NCBI GenBank assembly: GCA_041571435.1
Contig: JBFFUI010000002.1
Coordinates: forward strand, 64,001 to 128,000
Direction of reading: 5' to 3'
Source of the DNA: Sulfurimonadaceae bacterium
GTDB taxonomy: Bacteria > Campylobacterota > Campylobacteria > Campylobacterales > Sulfurimonadaceae
Length of the DNA: 64,000 nucleotides
The notes below the pieces were generated by a model. The model worked only from the letters and a program-made list of their open reading frames with translations. It ran no database searches and had not been told where the DNA came from. Below, one piece after another: positions 1 through 11,106 of the stretch. Each line of letters opens with the position of its first letter. The first letter of the stretch is position 1. The position numbers and the translations under genes are program-made.

Positions 1-1120
1 CCAGCATCCACTGTGCAATATCCATCTCAGGACTAGCTTTTAAGATTGCACTCATCACCGGAACGTTGTCAACGATCGCCGAGAGGAAACCGACACCAAT
101 ATTGGATGCGGTTGCACCGATCATGCCATAGAGGTCGTGTATATACGAAAGGAATCCCAAAAAGTGAAGCGCGCCCACCATCGTCAAGATACCGAAAAAG
201 AAAAGAAGGGTATCGTTTTCAATTTTCTGCATATTCAGATAGATATCGAAGCTCTCTTTGCCTGCAGATTGCCGAAGTGTGTAGGAATAAAGTTTAAGCA
301 CACCAAGACCGAACATCATTCCCCACATCGCCGGAAAATGAAAGAACTGGTGTCCCAATACAGCAGAAACGATGGTAAAAATGCCTAGAAATATGACCAC
401 TTTACCACCATCTTTCATCACCGGAACATCATCACTCTCAGCATCAAAATGAGGTGCTCCGTCCGGTACAAACTTGCTTAACAAGAATGCCGTGATTACC
501 CAGCCGAGCACAGAAGCAGGGAAGAGGAACAGGAAGTCGATAAACTCGCCTTTTTGCGCTGTCCATGCCATAAGGGTCGTAATATCACCGAACGGTGACC
601 AGGCGCCGCCAGCATTGGCTGCAACGACGATATTAATCGCACCAGGGACCAGGAAAGCGATGTTCTTTTTATCAATTGTAAATAATACTGTTGAAAGGAT
701 CAGGGCTGTTGTAAGGTTGTCCGCAACAGGAGAGATAAAAAAAGCAAGAAGCCCTGTCAACCAGAAAATTTTTCTATAGCTGTATCCTCTGGAGGTCAAG
801 TTATACTTCATTACATCAAAAACACGACGTTCCAGCAGTGTCTCGATATACGTCATCGCGACGAGCAAGAAGAAGTAGATCTCAGCGATCTCAAGAATCA
901 ACGTCGACATCTCATGATGCAGTGGCTCCGGATCCATACCGTTGATTGTAAAATAGATACCGATGAGCATAAACAGAAAAGCACCTGTGAAGAGTGCCGG
1001 TTTAGCCTTGTTGATCTCATATTTTTCTTCGGCTGCAATAAAATAATAGCCGATGATAAAGATAGCAAATGAGACAATACCAATCCAAGATGTGGTAAGG
1101 TCTAATGTTGGTTCGTGCAT
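1..1120 (-). CDS. nhaD: NhaD-type Na+/H+ antiporter (runs off the window edge; not in ORF track)
   Basis: Manual translation from ATG at 1120 (RBS AAGGA): MHEPTLDLTTSWIG..., with ISPVADNLTTALI and NIVVAANAGGAWSPFGDITTLMAW motifs; highly hydrophobic. Confidence 0.9.
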   Translation of the reverse strand, partial: MHEPTLDLTTSWIGIVSFAIFIIGYYFIAAEEKYEINKAKPALFTGAFLFMLIGIYFTINGMDPEPLHHEMSTLILEIAEIYFFLLVAMTYIETLLERRVFDVMKYNLTSRGYSYRKIFWLTGLLAFFISPVADNLTTALILSTVLFTIDKKNIAFLVPGAINIVVAANAGGAWSPFGDITTLMAWTAQKGEFIDFLFLFPASVLGWVITAFLLSKFVPDGAPHFDAESDDVPVMKDGGKVVIFLGIFTIVSAVLGHQFFHFPAMWGMMFGLGVLKLYSYTLRQSAGKESFDIYLNMQKIENDTLLFFFGILTMVGALHFLGFLSYIHDLYGMIGATASNIGVGFLSAIVDNVPVMSAILKASPEMDIAQWML

Positions 1121-1129
1121 GAATATTCC

Positions 1130-2572
1130 TTAATTTTTACGATAATGTACGCCCACCGACTCAACTCTGTTAAGCGCCGATGTAACGATCTCTTTAGCAG
1201 TCAATAATCTGAGATATAGCATCCGACCGACTGTTTGTGAAAGCATACCATTAATCTCTTGTAAGACCTCATTAAGCCCCGCCTCTGTTCTGACAATAGA
1301 GACCTTGTCCCACATCAACCGGCGAAGACGATCTTTTTTTTCCTTGTCTTGCGGCAAATTCCATAAATACTCTATCGGCTCAAAATCCTTCGTACAAATG
1401 GCTACCTTGTCAACGGCAATGCTGTGTGCTGCACGCGCCGCAAAGACCAAACCTTCCAAGAGAGAGTTCGATGCCAAACGGTTCGCACCGTGCACACCCG
1501 TTGATGCCGCTTCGCCGACAGCATAAAGTCCTCTGATCTTCGGCACATGACCATTCAGATCCGTCTTGATGCCACCAATAGCGTAGTGGAATGCGGGCGA
1601 GATCGGGACCATGTCATGCGGCAGACTATATCCAAGAGATGAAAATTTGCTTTCTATATTCGGAAAGCGGTGTTTAAAGTAGCTGTATTCAAACGTTTTG
1701 AATGAAAGATAGACCTGTTTGCCTGTCTTTTGAGCATAATCGAAAATAGCCCGGCTGACAATATCGCGTGGTGCCATCTCGCCACGTTCATCATAATCAA
1801 ATAGAAAACGATAGCCAAGATCATCCACGATCTGGGCTCCTTCACCGCGAAGTGCTTCGGTCAGAAGTTGCTTTTGGGCTGTCACATCATCGACATAGAC
1901 GGTTGGATGGAACTGCAACATCTCCATATTTTCAAGTTCAATGCCTTTTTCGAGACAGATACCGTGAAGTTCACCGCTGATGCTTGAAGCATTGGTATGA
2001 TATTCAAAGAGCGCTCCGACACCACCACTGGCGATCACGACAGCATCGGCCGTGATCTTCTTGCGCTCGCCTCCGTGCATAACGACTATCCCGCAGACCT
2101 GGTCCGCTTCTAGCAAAAGATCGATGACGATCGCATTTTCCATCATAGGATGCGGGTTTTTTTCAAGCAAGAAGTGGTGAAGGTAACGCCCTGTCGCATC
2201 CCCACCGGCATGCAAAATGCGCTTTTGCGAATGCGCTGCCTCCTGGGTGTAGAGCAGTTCACCGTTCTCATCAGCATCAAACTTAAACCCGCGTCGTATC
2301 AGGTCATGGATCACATCTTGGGAGTTTTTGCTTAAGACTTCAACGGCCTCTTTGTTACAGAGTCCTGCACCGGCGTCAAGGGTGTCTTTGATGTGTACAG
2401 CAATATCAGCATCGTCTTTTGCTGTCGTCACACCGCCCTGCGCATAGAAGGTATTGCACTCCCAGGGGTGCGCTTTATTGACAATGAGGACTTTTTTATC
2501 TTTTGGTATGTTCATCGCCGTATACAAACCGGCGATACCGGCTCCGACGATCACAACGTCATAATGTATCAT
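1130..2572 (-). CDS. nadB: L-aspartate oxidase
   Basis: GAGIAG FAD motif, YAQGG, QFHPT, EALRGEGA, HYAIGG, HGANRLASNSLLEGLVF. Confidence 0.95.
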   Translation of the reverse strand: MIHYDVVIVGAGIAGLYTAMNIPKDKKVLIVNKAHPWECNTFYAQGGVTTAKDDADIAVHIKDTLDAGAGLCNKEAVEVLSKNSQDVIHDLIRRGFKFDADENGELLYTQEAAHSQKRILHAGGDATGRYLHHFLLEKNPHPMMENAIVIDLLLEADQVCGIVVMHGGERKKITADAVVIASGGVGALFEYHTNASSISGELHGICLEKGIELENMEMLQFHPTVYVDDVTAQKQLLTEALRGEGAQIVDDLGYRFLFDYDERGEMAPRDIVSRAIFDYAQKTGKQVYLSFKTFEYSYFKHRFPNIESKFSSLGYSLPHDMVPISPAFHYAIGGIKTDLNGHVPKIRGLYAVGEAASTGVHGANRLASNSLLEGLVFAARAAHSIAVDKVAICTKDFEPIEYLWNLPQDKEKKDRLRRLMWDKVSIVRTEAGLNEVLQEINGMLSQTVGRMLYLRLLTAKEIVTSALNRVESVGVHYRKN

Positions 2573-2577
2573 ATCGT

Positions 2578-2697
2578 CTACTTCGCTTGTTCAGACGGCG
2601 CGTAGAAGGGGTCGTCTTTATAGCCGCAGCCTGCTAAAGTTAATAAGCTAACTGTTATAATCACTGCATGAAAAACTCGGCTCAGGTTCTCTCTCAT
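2578..2697 (-). CDS. 39-aa small lipoprotein, LptM/YifL (LppL)-like; below the ORF track cutoff
   Basis: [39 protein letters not shown]; lipobox LAG-C, then GYKxxPFY resembling the GxKGPLY motif; stop is 5 nt before the nadB start. Confidence 0.7.
   Translation of the reverse strand: MRENLSRVFHAVIITVSLLTLAGCGYKDDPFYAPSEQAK
2653..2661 (+). promoter_or_regulatory. Extended -10 promoter, probably for a leaderless transcript of the 2668 ORF and uvrC
   Basis: TGtTATAAT, then 6 nt, then ATG at 2668; no RBS. Confidence 0.65.
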
Positions 2698-3117
2698 ATC
2701 GTTAATCAACCCCAATATAAAAAATTGGCGCAACACCAGTGTATCGCTGCCATCAAATCGTTACTGCCACCGCACTTACAGACGATGATCTCATTTGCTT
2801 ACGTCAAGCATAAAGTGCTCTATTTTGTTCTTAGCCATCCCGGCGCTAAACAAGAGTTCGATATTATCATCGCTTCAATTAAAACGCCTTTAAAACTTCA
2901 TCCGCCTCAAAAGTGCCAGGAACTGGATTTCGACGATATCCGCGCCTATGTTTCACACAAGCCGCTGCAAAAAGAGGCCGTGTTTGAGAGAGAGACAGTG
3001 CCCCTTTATCAAGAACAGTCCGACGGAAGTTTTGAAAACAGTGTAAAAGACAAGAAGCTTCATGACATCATCGAAAAGATACGAAAGGTAATTGAGAACG
3101 CTTCTGATGATAGATAA
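2668..3117 (+). CDS. DciA/DUF721-like protein
   Basis: 149 aa; [28 protein letters not shown] resembles DUF721; directly upstream of uvrC as recalled for other Campylobacterota. Confidence 0.6.
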   Translation: MKNSAQVLSHIVNQPQYKKLAQHQCIAAIKSLLPPHLQTMISFAYVKHKVLYFVLSHPGAKQEFDIIIASIKTPLKLHPPQKCQELDFDDIRAYVSHKPLQKEAVFERETVPLYQEQSDGSFENSVKDKKLHDIIEKIRKVIENASDDR

Positions 3118-4903
3118 AATCAAAAACCTCCCCAAGTCACCCGGTATCTACCAATACTTCGACAAAAACGGCAGACTGCTCTATATCGGCAAGGCAAAGA
3201 ATCTCTACAATCGCGTCAAGAGCTATTTTCTTTTTACCCCGACACTGCGTCCGAACAACCGCCTTTCTCCCCGTATTGTCAAGATGCTGAGCGAAACGGA
3301 AACATTGCACTACATTGTTGTCCAAAGTGAACATGATGCACTTATCCTTGAAAACTCACTCATCAAGCAGCTCAAACCCAAATACAACATCCTTCTTCGT
3401 GATGATAAAACCTACCCCTATATCTATATCAACAGGGATGAGCCCTACCCGCGATTTGAGATCACGCGAAAGGTATTAAAAGGCAAAAATATCCAATATT
3501 TCGGTCCCTATTCGGTTGGCGCACGCGACATCCTGGACTCCGTCTATGAACTGTGCAAACTGGTCCAGAAAAAAAGCTGTTTGAACGGTAAAAAAGCCTG
3601 CCTCTATTACCAGATGGAGATGTGTCTTGCCCCCTGCGAAAAAGAGGTTTCCAAAGCGCAGTACCAAGCGGTCGTGGACGAAGCGGTCAACTACATCGAG
3701 AACAAAAAAGTGCTAATTGAAAAGCTGGCAGAAAAAATGGCCTTTTATGCCGAAAACCTTCGTTTTGAAGAAGCGGGAGCACTTCGTGACCGCATAGAAC
3801 GCATTGCAAAAAGTGAACTTGTCTCACAGATCGACCTTGCTTCGACGGAAGCTTATGATGTCTTTGCCATCAGCTATAATGAGCAGCGCGCTGCCATCGT
3901 TCGTCTATTTATGCGCTCGGGCAAAGTCATCTCCTCTTCGCACGACTTCATCAACCTCAATAGCGGTTTCGACATCGATGAAGCCTACGAACGTGCCATC
4001 GTTGAGTTTTATGGGCATGACAAACCGCCAGTCGTCGCACCGATCCTGATTGCCCACGACTTTTCCGAAAAAATGCTTGTGCAGGAGCACCTCTCGCTTC
4101 TTTTCGGAAAAAAAGCACAGATTACCTCTCCGCAACGCGGCAGTAAAAAGCGTTTGACAGAGCTGGCGCTGGCCAATGCATCTGAACTGCTGCGACAGAA
4201 GAGGGAGAGCTCTACAGAACAGGTCGCAAAACAGCTCAAAGAGCTCTTGTCGCTTGAGTCCGTACCCCGTAGAATCGAAGCCTTTGACAACTCGCATATG
4301 GCTGGCGAGGCAACTGTCGGCGGTATGATTACCTTTGACGGTGACGACTTCGACAAGTCAGGATATCGTCACTACCATCTGGAAGCGCGTGACGAATACG
4401 GGCAGATGAAGGAGACACTGTCACGTCGTATCAACAGTTTTGAGGAAAACCCTCCACCCGATCTTTGGCTTATTGATGGCGGTACGACCCTGCTCTCACT
4501 GGCTAAAGACCTTCTTGACTCAGCCGGTGTCAATCTTGATGTTATCGCCATCTCAAAAGAGAAGATCGATGCTAAATCACACCGGGCGAAAGGGCGTGCG
4601 CACGACCAGCTCCATAGCGTTCACGAAAGCTTTAAACTCTCTCCTACCGACAAACGCCTGCAGTGGATGCAGCGCCTTCGTGATGAAGCACACCGCTATG
4701 CCATCACCTTTCATAAAAAGACCAAATTAAAACGCGATCAGGAGTCAAAACTTCTGAACACACACGGTATTTCTCAGGCAAAAGTGAAGAAACTTCTGCA
4801 GCACTTTGGTACATTTGAAGCCATAAAAAGTGCTACTGAAAGTGAAATTGCAGCCATCCTGAACCAAAGTGATGCAAAAAAAATCAAGTTGATATCCAAA
4901 TAA
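3107..4903 (+). CDS. uvrC: Excinuclease ABC subunit C
   Basis: GIY-YIG start ([16 protein letters not shown]), [38 protein letters not shown]-terminal HhH. Confidence 0.97.
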   Translation: MIDKIKNLPKSPGIYQYFDKNGRLLYIGKAKNLYNRVKSYFLFTPTLRPNNRLSPRIVKMLSETETLHYIVVQSEHDALILENSLIKQLKPKYNILLRDDKTYPYIYINRDEPYPRFEITRKVLKGKNIQYFGPYSVGARDILDSVYELCKLVQKKSCLNGKKACLYYQMEMCLAPCEKEVSKAQYQAVVDEAVNYIENKKVLIEKLAEKMAFYAENLRFEEAGALRDRIERIAKSELVSQIDLASTEAYDVFAISYNEQRAAIVRLFMRSGKVISSSHDFINLNSGFDIDEAYERAIVEFYGHDKPPVVAPILIAHDFSEKMLVQEHLSLLFGKKAQITSPQRGSKKRLTELALANASELLRQKRESSTEQVAKQLKELLSLESVPRRIEAFDNSHMAGEATVGGMITFDGDDFDKSGYRHYHLEARDEYGQMKETLSRRINSFEENPPPDLWLIDGGTTLLSLAKDLLDSAGVNLDVIAISKEKIDAKSHRAKGRAHDQLHSVHESFKLSPTDKRLQWMQRLRDEAHRYAITFHKKTKLKRDQESKLLNTHGISQAKVKKLLQHFGTFEAIKSATESEIAAILNQSDAKKIKLISK

Positions 4904-5042
4904 GTTATATTTGCTTTTAATTATGATATATTTACCCACAACTCCCGAAAACTTGGGAATCTTTAAAAATTTTAACTATTTAAGTTTTTGAAGGTTTCCA
5001 ATTAATCAATGAGTATCAAATGAAATATAGAGGTTCTAAAAC

Positions 5043-5456
5043 ATGGAAAGACCTGAAGCAATTGATGAAGAACATATCTTTGAAGGCCGTGCGATCATCA
5101 GTCAAACTGACACGAAAGGTGTCATAACGTTCGCAAATCGTAAGTTCTGTGAAATTTCTGGCTATACGGCGAATGAACTTAAAGGACAACCTCACAATAT
5201 CATTCGACATCCCGATATGCCTAAAGCCGCATTTGCGCAGATGTGGGAGACGATCCAAGGCGGCCAATCATGGCACGGTATCGTTAAAAACCTGCGAAAA
5301 GACGGTCTCTATTACTGGGTTGAGACAGAGATCACACCTATTCGTGACAGCGATGACAACATCACAGGTTATATTGCTGCCCGTAAACCGGCCAGCCGTA
5401 AAAACATTGATGAAGTCTCACAGACCTACAAATTAATGTTAGACAAAGAGAAATAA
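5043..5456 (+). CDS. Stand-alone Aer/CetB-type PAS domain protein
   Basis: IISQTDTKGVITFAN..FCEISGY...GQPHNIIRHPDMP..F..MW..I..G..W.G.VKN..KDG.YYWV. Confidence 0.9.
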   Translation: MERPEAIDEEHIFEGRAIISQTDTKGVITFANRKFCEISGYTANELKGQPHNIIRHPDMPKAAFAQMWETIQGGQSWHGIVKNLRKDGLYYWVETEITPIRDSDDNITGYIAARKPASRKNIDEVSQTYKLMLDKEK

Positions 5457-5466
5457 AGGATACTAT

Positions 5467-7170
5467 GTGCTAATTTACGACCATAATAAAGAATTTATCG
5501 GTATTGATCAAGAGGGGCTTAAGCTTCTCGGTTATGAACGTTTTGAGGACCTTATCCACGAGCACAAAGATGTTGCCGAACTCTTTGTTAAAAAACCGGG
5601 TTATATCCACAACTTCACCAACTTTCCATGGATTGATTTTGTACTTCATGCCGAAACGGATGACAACAAAGTCATCATTGCAGGCAGAAACAAAGCTTTT
5701 TCTGCAACAATCGAAATTGTGCCTCTCTACCTCAAAAAGGTACCCGATGAAGCAGCCTTTTTAATCAAGCTGAAAAACGTTCAAAACTATCACCTCGATG
5801 ATTCGGAACGCCCTGCACCTTCAGCAACACCGATGGACCTGGAGACCAAAGCGTTTAACAGACCTCCGGAAGCACCGCCGAAAGCGGCTGAACCAGCACC
5901 GTTCGTTGCGCCTGAACCGGAACCGTTCGTTGCGCCTGAACCGGAACCGTTCGTTGCACCTGAACCGGAGCGGGCACCACTTACCTTTGACGATGATATC
6001 TTCATCCAGGACGAAGAGCCTGCACCAACAGCCGAGGCACCGAAATCTGAAGCACCGGCTGAAGAGGAACTTGATATCTTCTTCCATGAAGAAGAAGTCG
6101 AGGAAGTTCCACAGGTAGAAGTTGCCCCGCAGATTCCTGTTCAAGAACAGTCTGTTTTTGACACCATCAAAGAAGAGCCGAAAGGCAAGCCGATGCTCGG
6201 TGCCTACCTGAGCGAAGAGGATAAAGAGTATCTTGCCAACCTGGAGATAGGTGATGACTACCACTATGATCCGCAGATCGCAGCAGATGAACTTGGACTT
6301 CCGGTTGACCTTATTGAAGAGTTTATCGGTGACTTTATCAAACAGGCACATGAGTTTAAAGACCAACTTTTTACAGCCATCGGCAATGAAGACTTTGACA
6401 ACATCAAAGTCCTTTCGCACAAGCTCAAAGGTGTTGCCGCCAATCTTCGTATAGAGGATTCATTTGAGGTGCTTCGCAACGTCAATGAGACGGCTGACAT
6501 CAAAGAGTGTGAAGCAAATCTTAAAAAGTTCTATATGATTATCGCCAAGCTCGAAGGCAAAGACCTTGTAGAGGCACAAATGGAGCTCGAGCAGCCTAAA
6601 CAAGCAGCAGAAGAGCTCTACGATATGACACCTAAGCATCTGGATCTGCCTGAACTCGAAGAGACTGAAGCTTCAGCACAACCCGTCACACTTGAAACAC
6701 CATATCAAGATACAAGACCGACAGCAGCTGCTGAGGACAGTTCCGATATCTATGATTTTGGTCTGATCGCCGAAGAGGGTAGTGCACCGCTTGTCGTGCA
6801 GGATAATGAAGAAGAGATCATTGCTGACCTGCAAAACTTTGAAGCTGATGAAAAAGCTGTAGAGGTACCGGTGCTTACCTATGATATCAACATCGCAGCA
6901 GGCGAGATCGGGCTAAGCGCCGATCTTGTCAGTGCACTTATAGATGATTATATTGTCGAAGCCAATGAGATGAAAAACACATTAAACGAAGTGATCGCAT
7001 CAGCGGATGTTATGCGCTGGAAAGGATACGCTACACAACTCAAAGGGGTAAGTGACAATTTACGTATCAAAGAGATATCCGACGTACTTCAAAAATTGAT
7101 TACAGCTACCGACCAGAACCAAGCCAAAACAGCCATGCAAGAGTTTTACGGCTTTATTAACCAACTTTAA
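5467..7170 (+). CDS. Acidic protein with an N-terminal PAS-like region and two Hpt-like domains
   Basis: Hpt1 [14 protein letters not shown] (His present); Hpt2 [14 protein letters not shown] (His replaced by T); both preceded by YD..IAA.E.GL..DL; Pro/Glu-rich linkers. Confidence 0.8.
   Translation: MLIYDHNKEFIGIDQEGLKLLGYERFEDLIHEHKDVAELFVKKPGYIHNFTNFPWIDFVLHAETDDNKVIIAGRNKAFSATIEIVPLYLKKVPDEAAFLIKLKNVQNYHLDDSERPAPSATPMDLETKAFNRPPEAPPKAAEPAPFVAPEPEPFVAPEPEPFVAPEPERAPLTFDDDIFIQDEEPAPTAEAPKSEAPAEEELDIFFHEEEVEEVPQVEVAPQIPVQEQSVFDTIKEEPKGKPMLGAYLSEEDKEYLANLEIGDDYHYDPQIAADELGLPVDLIEEFIGDFIKQAHEFKDQLFTAIGNEDFDNIKVLSHKLKGVAANLRIEDSFEVLRNVNETADIKECEANLKKFYMIIAKLEGKDLVEAQMELEQPKQAAEELYDMTPKHLDLPELEETEASAQPVTLETPYQDTRPTAAAEDSSDIYDFGLIAEEGSAPLVVQDNEEEIIADLQNFEADEKAVEVPVLTYDINIAAGEIGLSADLVSALIDDYIVEANEMKNTLNEVIASADVMRWKGYATQLKGVSDNLRIKEISDVLQKLITATDQNQAKTAMQEFYGFINQL
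5899..5970 (+). repeat. 3 x 24-bp in-frame tandem repeat (PFVAPEPE)
   Basis: ccgttcgttgcgcctgaaccggaa twice plus one near-identical copy. Confidence 0.95.
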
Positions 7171-7184
7171 CAGGAGTTACGACA

Positions 7185-10100
7185 ATGATAGCACTTAAAA
7201 ATAGATTGCGACTGATCAGTCTCTTTCCGATTCTGATCCTCTTCTCTCTAGCAAGTTATTACGTATATACAGCATATACAAGTTACCAGGCCGCAAAAGT
7301 ATTGCAGGCAAAACTGGACGAAAACGTCTATTTGAATGATCTGATTCGTAACCTTTCTCGTGAACGCGGTATGACGGTCATGTATCTGGGTAACCAATCA
7401 GACACAACTAAAAAATCACTGATCGCGCAGCGTGATATCGTTGATGAGAAGCTAGCCGCATTTGACCAGCACCTTTCAAATAACGCTCTTTTGCATGACC
7501 ACACTGCAAATGTTGAGTGTATGGCATGTAAAAGTCAAAAAACCATTGATGACCTCTTTAAGATCATTAAAGAGAATCGTCCAAATGTAGATGCCGGAGA
7601 ACTCGACTTTGAAGACATCTATTCATCGGTCTATGGTGTCGCAGAAACCGAGGTATTGAATGAACTTCGTACCATTGGAGCCTTTAAAGTCGACCCTGAA
7701 ATTGCATCACTTGCAACAGCCTACATCAACATCCTTGATGCAAATCACTTTACCGGTGACGAGCGGGACTTTATCAGTTACGCCCTCGCCCGTGCCACCA
7801 AGTTCGATGCAGAAGAGTTGAATGTCTGGATTACCCTGATTGGTAAAGCTGACTCGATCGACTATGGCGGTATCCAAAACCCTGAAGTCAAAACAGCGCT
7901 TGAGGCACTCTTTGAAGATGAAGACAATGCGGAGCTTTTTGAAGATATTACTACGGAACGTGCAGAGATCATGCAGGCCGTCAATGATGGTCTATACTCG
8001 ACAGAGTCAGGTATCTGGTTTACAATGCTTTCTGAAAAGACCAATCTTCTTTCAGATGCCGAAGCACTGATCATTGATGCAATGGCTGACCGTTCATTCA
8101 CTGTTCAGCAAAACGCTATTCAGGTCCTTGCTATCTCTATTGCTATCTGGGTAGCATCCCTTCTTCTTGCATTCCTTGCGATCGTACTGTCAAACGATAT
8201 TGCACGTAATATCAAAAACCTTGAATCTGTCCTTAACCGTGTTGCAGAAGATACGTCTGAGGAAGAGGGTCTTGCACACAAAATCAACCTTGACACATCA
8301 GACGGTACTGCGCAGGCCTACGCCCTTCTTGAAAGCGTCATCGATCAGACCAAACTGGAGTCTGCAAAAGCTATGGAGGCCTCTGAGGCCAAATCGATGT
8401 TCCTTGCCAACATGTCACATGAGATCCGTACGCCGCTTAACGGTATTGTTGGGTTTACCGAACTTCTTAAAGATACCGATCTGCAAGAAGAGCAGCGTGA
8501 GTTTATTGACATTATTGAGAAAAGTTCCGAAAATCTTCTTGAGATCATCAATAACATTCTTGACCTCTCTAAAATTGAGAGCAATAAACTTGAGATCGAA
8601 GAGATCGTCTTCAACCCGATTGAAGAGTTTGAATCTGCTGTTGATGTCTACGCCGTACGTGCTTCTGAAAAACATATCGACCTTGGTTGTTATATCGATC
8701 CTCAACTTGAACGCCCTATTAAAGGTGACCCTACAAAAATTAAAGAGATCGTCATCAACCTTCTCTCTAATGCAGTCAAATTTACAAGTACTGGCGGTAG
8801 TATCAATGTTGATATCCGTAGAATCGAAACTGATGTACCTGGCCGTGCGCGTATCCGATTCTCGGTAGAAGACAGTGGTATCGGTGTAACCGCAGAACAA
8901 AAAGCAAACATCTTCGAAGCCTTTGGCCAAGCCGATGTATCCACATCACGTAAATATGGCGGTACAGGTCTTGGTCTTACGATTTCCAGCCGCTTTGTTG
9001 AACTGATGGGTGGAAAGCTTGATCTTGAAAGTGAACCGGGACACGGTACAACCTTCTTCTTCGAACTGGAATTTGAAGAGATCGAAACACTCAATGAATC
9101 CATCAGTGGTACGTTCAGTTACATCAATGCATTGATTCTGGTTTCAGATACCAAGACAAAACGTCAAGAGATCTACCTTAAAGAGTACCTTGACTTCTAC
9201 GGGGTAAGCTATACAACGTTCAAAGACATCTCTGAACTTCAGAAACATGAACGTCAGATCAATTACGATATGTTGTTTGTTGATTATGACTACACCACGC
9301 CAGCTGCTATTGAAGAATTTGCTAAAACACAAGAAGAACTTGTCCTGGTGACCAAATCATACTACATGAAGAAAATCGACTCGATGGGTCTTGATATCTT
9401 TAAAGTCATGTATGAGCCTTTACATGGATCGAAAATCAAAACGGCACTTGAGTCATTTGACCTCGAATCATTTAACAACAAAAAAGCGCAGAAGATCCGC
9501 CATAAGAAATTTGATGCAGCCACATCTAAATTTAATGCAAAAGCCCTTGTTGCAGAAGACAATATTATTAACCAGAAACTGATCCGCCGTACCCTTGAGG
9601 ATATGGGACTTGATATCACTGTTGCGAACAATGGTCTTGAAGCCTTTGAAAAACGCAAAAACGGTGATTATGATGTCATCTTCATGGATATTCAGATGCC
9701 GGTACTTGACGGTATGGAAGCGACACAAGAGATCCTTGATTATGAAGAGGACTTTGAAATTCCGCATATCCCGATCATCGCGCTGACAGCAAATGCCCTT
9801 AAAGGTGACCGTGAACGTTTCATGGGTGCAGGTATGGATGAGTATACCACTAAACCTCTTGTCCGTACAGAACTTACGTCACTCCTTAGCCACTTCCTTG
9901 CACACAAGATTGTGGACATCGCTGACCTTGAGAAGAAGACAGAGGAACCGGCTGCTGCAGCACCGGCAAAACCGGCACCAGCTAAACCGGCACCAGCTCA
10001 GCCGGCACCAGTTCAACCAGCAGCAGTTCAACCAGCAGCACCGGTTGTTGAAGCGCCGACTGCAGCACCGACAGCGCTCGCAACACCGGCTGCACCACAA

Positions 10101-10469
10101 CCGGCTGCAGAAGCGAAGCGACTTGACATCATACTGGCTAAGAAAAGTCCTATTGAGACAAAACTCTTTTCAATGCTGCTAGATGAATTGAAACTTGATT
10201 TCAACACTTCAGCCTCATTTAACACATTGATCGAAGATCTCAAAACGAAAAACCCTAGTGTGATTCTGATCGACAAAGAGATGCCTGGCATCGATTACAC
10301 GCTCTTGAAAAATACTGTTAACAGTCTTCCAAAGAAAACATCTATCGTTATGATGGTTGATCCGGCAGCGCGCGAGAACACTGAGCACAATGAAATTGCC
10401 GATGAGATTATTAACAACCTTGTCAACAAAGACCTATTACGTTTGATCGTAGAGAAATATACAAAATAA
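7185..10469 (+). CDS. Membrane hybrid histidine kinase: NIT-like sensor, HisKA, HATPase, one canonical and two degenerate receivers
   Basis: Two TMs flank LSRERGMT (NIT-like); H-box [16 protein letters not shown]-box [22 protein letters not shown]; canonical [19 protein letters not shown]. Confidence 0.92.
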   Translation: MIALKNRLRLISLFPILILFSLASYYVYTAYTSYQAAKVLQAKLDENVYLNDLIRNLSRERGMTVMYLGNQSDTTKKSLIAQRDIVDEKLAAFDQHLSNNALLHDHTANVECMACKSQKTIDDLFKIIKENRPNVDAGELDFEDIYSSVYGVAETEVLNELRTIGAFKVDPEIASLATAYINILDANHFTGDERDFISYALARATKFDAEELNVWITLIGKADSIDYGGIQNPEVKTALEALFEDEDNAELFEDITTERAEIMQAVNDGLYSTESGIWFTMLSEKTNLLSDAEALIIDAMADRSFTVQQNAIQVLAISIAIWVASLLLAFLAIVLSNDIARNIKNLESVLNRVAEDTSEEEGLAHKINLDTSDGTAQAYALLESVIDQTKLESAKAMEASEAKSMFLANMSHEIRTPLNGIVGFTELLKDTDLQEEQREFIDIIEKSSENLLEIINNILDLSKIESNKLEIEEIVFNPIEEFESAVDVYAVRASEKHIDLGCYIDPQLERPIKGDPTKIKEIVINLLSNAVKFTSTGGSINVDIRRIETDVPGRARIRFSVEDSGIGVTAEQKANIFEAFGQADVSTSRKYGGTGLGLTISSRFVELMGGKLDLESEPGHGTTFFFELEFEEIETLNESISGTFSYINALILVSDTKTKRQEIYLKEYLDFYGVSYTTFKDISELQKHERQINYDMLFVDYDYTTPAAIEEFAKTQEELVLVTKSYYMKKIDSMGLDIFKVMYEPLHGSKIKTALESFDLESFNNKKAQKIRHKKFDAATSKFNAKALVAEDNIINQKLIRRTLEDMGLDITVANNGLEAFEKRKNGDYDVIFMDIQMPVLDGMEATQEILDYEEDFEIPHIPIIALTANALKGDRERFMGAGMDEYTTKPLVRTELTSLLSHFLAHKIVDIADLEKKTEEPAAAAPAKPAPAKPAPAQPAPVQPAAVQPAAPVVEAPTAAPTALATPAAPQPAAEAKRLDIILAKKSPIETKLFSMLLDELKLDFNTSASFNTLIEDLKTKNPSVILIDKEMPGIDYTLLKNTVNSLPKKTSIVMMVDPAARENTEHNEIADEIINNLVNKDLLRLIVEKYTK
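9960..10040 (+). repeat. Degenerate 15-bp in-frame repeats encoding a [15 protein letters not shown] linker
   Basis: ccggcaccagctaaa / ccggcaccagctcag / ccggcaccagttcaa / ccagcagcagttcaa. Confidence 0.85.
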
Positions 10470-10482
10470 AGGGATATAAAAA

Positions 10483-10857
10483 ATGTCAAAAAATTTAATA
10501 ATATTGGCTGTCGATGATGATATGATCAACTTGAAACTTCTCAAGTCGATGCTGATGAAAATAGATGACATCGCTGAAGTCATCGAAGCCAAAAACGGTG
10601 CAGATGCTATTGATGTTCTAAAACAACGACATGATATAGACATGATTTTACTCGATATCATCATGCCGGTCATGGGCGGTCTGGAGATGCTACAAATCGT
10701 GCGGGCGGATGAAAACCTCAAGCAGCTTCCGATCATCGTCTTGACGACAGATGAGACTAAAAAGACTGAAGCACTTGAAAAAGGTGCAAACGGCTTCCTC
10801 ATGAAACCGGTTCGCGCAGCTGACGTGGCAGAAAAGATCGCAACGCTCGCTCTATAA
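10483..10857 (+). CDS. Single-domain CheY-like response regulator
   Basis: LAVDDD, ILLDIIMP, LTT and MKP all intact. Confidence 0.93.
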   Translation: MSKNLIILAVDDDMINLKLLKSMLMKIDDIAEVIEAKNGADAIDVLKQRHDIDMILLDIIMPVMGGLEMLQIVRADENLKQLPIIVLTTDETKKTEALEKGANGFLMKPVRAADVAEKIATLAL

Positions 10858-10863
10858 TCCGCT

Positions 10864-10885
10864 TCTTGCAGCATATGCTGCAAGA
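10864..10885. terminator. Perfect 22-bp palindrome after the response regulator, probable terminator hairpin
   Basis: TCTTGCAGCATATGCTGCAAGA, 6 nt after the stop, between convergent genes. Confidence 0.6.
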
Positions 10886-11106
10886 CCCCCTTCTATCTAC
10901 ATTCTTAAATTCGAAATTTTATTTCTATTATCGTTAAGATATCCCATTCGATGGGTAAATAGAGCTGCCAGCTTGTTAAACCTTGACATATCATATGAAC
11001 TGAATATCATTAACTGTTGACTGTATAAAGAAGAGCTATTTGATGAACGCCACTCTCATGACTGGAGCGGCTTGAAGAGAAGGGACATATACTGAAAGAG
11101 CGATCA

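Noticed and set aside
5899-5970. Possible CRISPR array
   Set aside because: Contiguous in-frame repeats with no spacers and no cas genes in the window.
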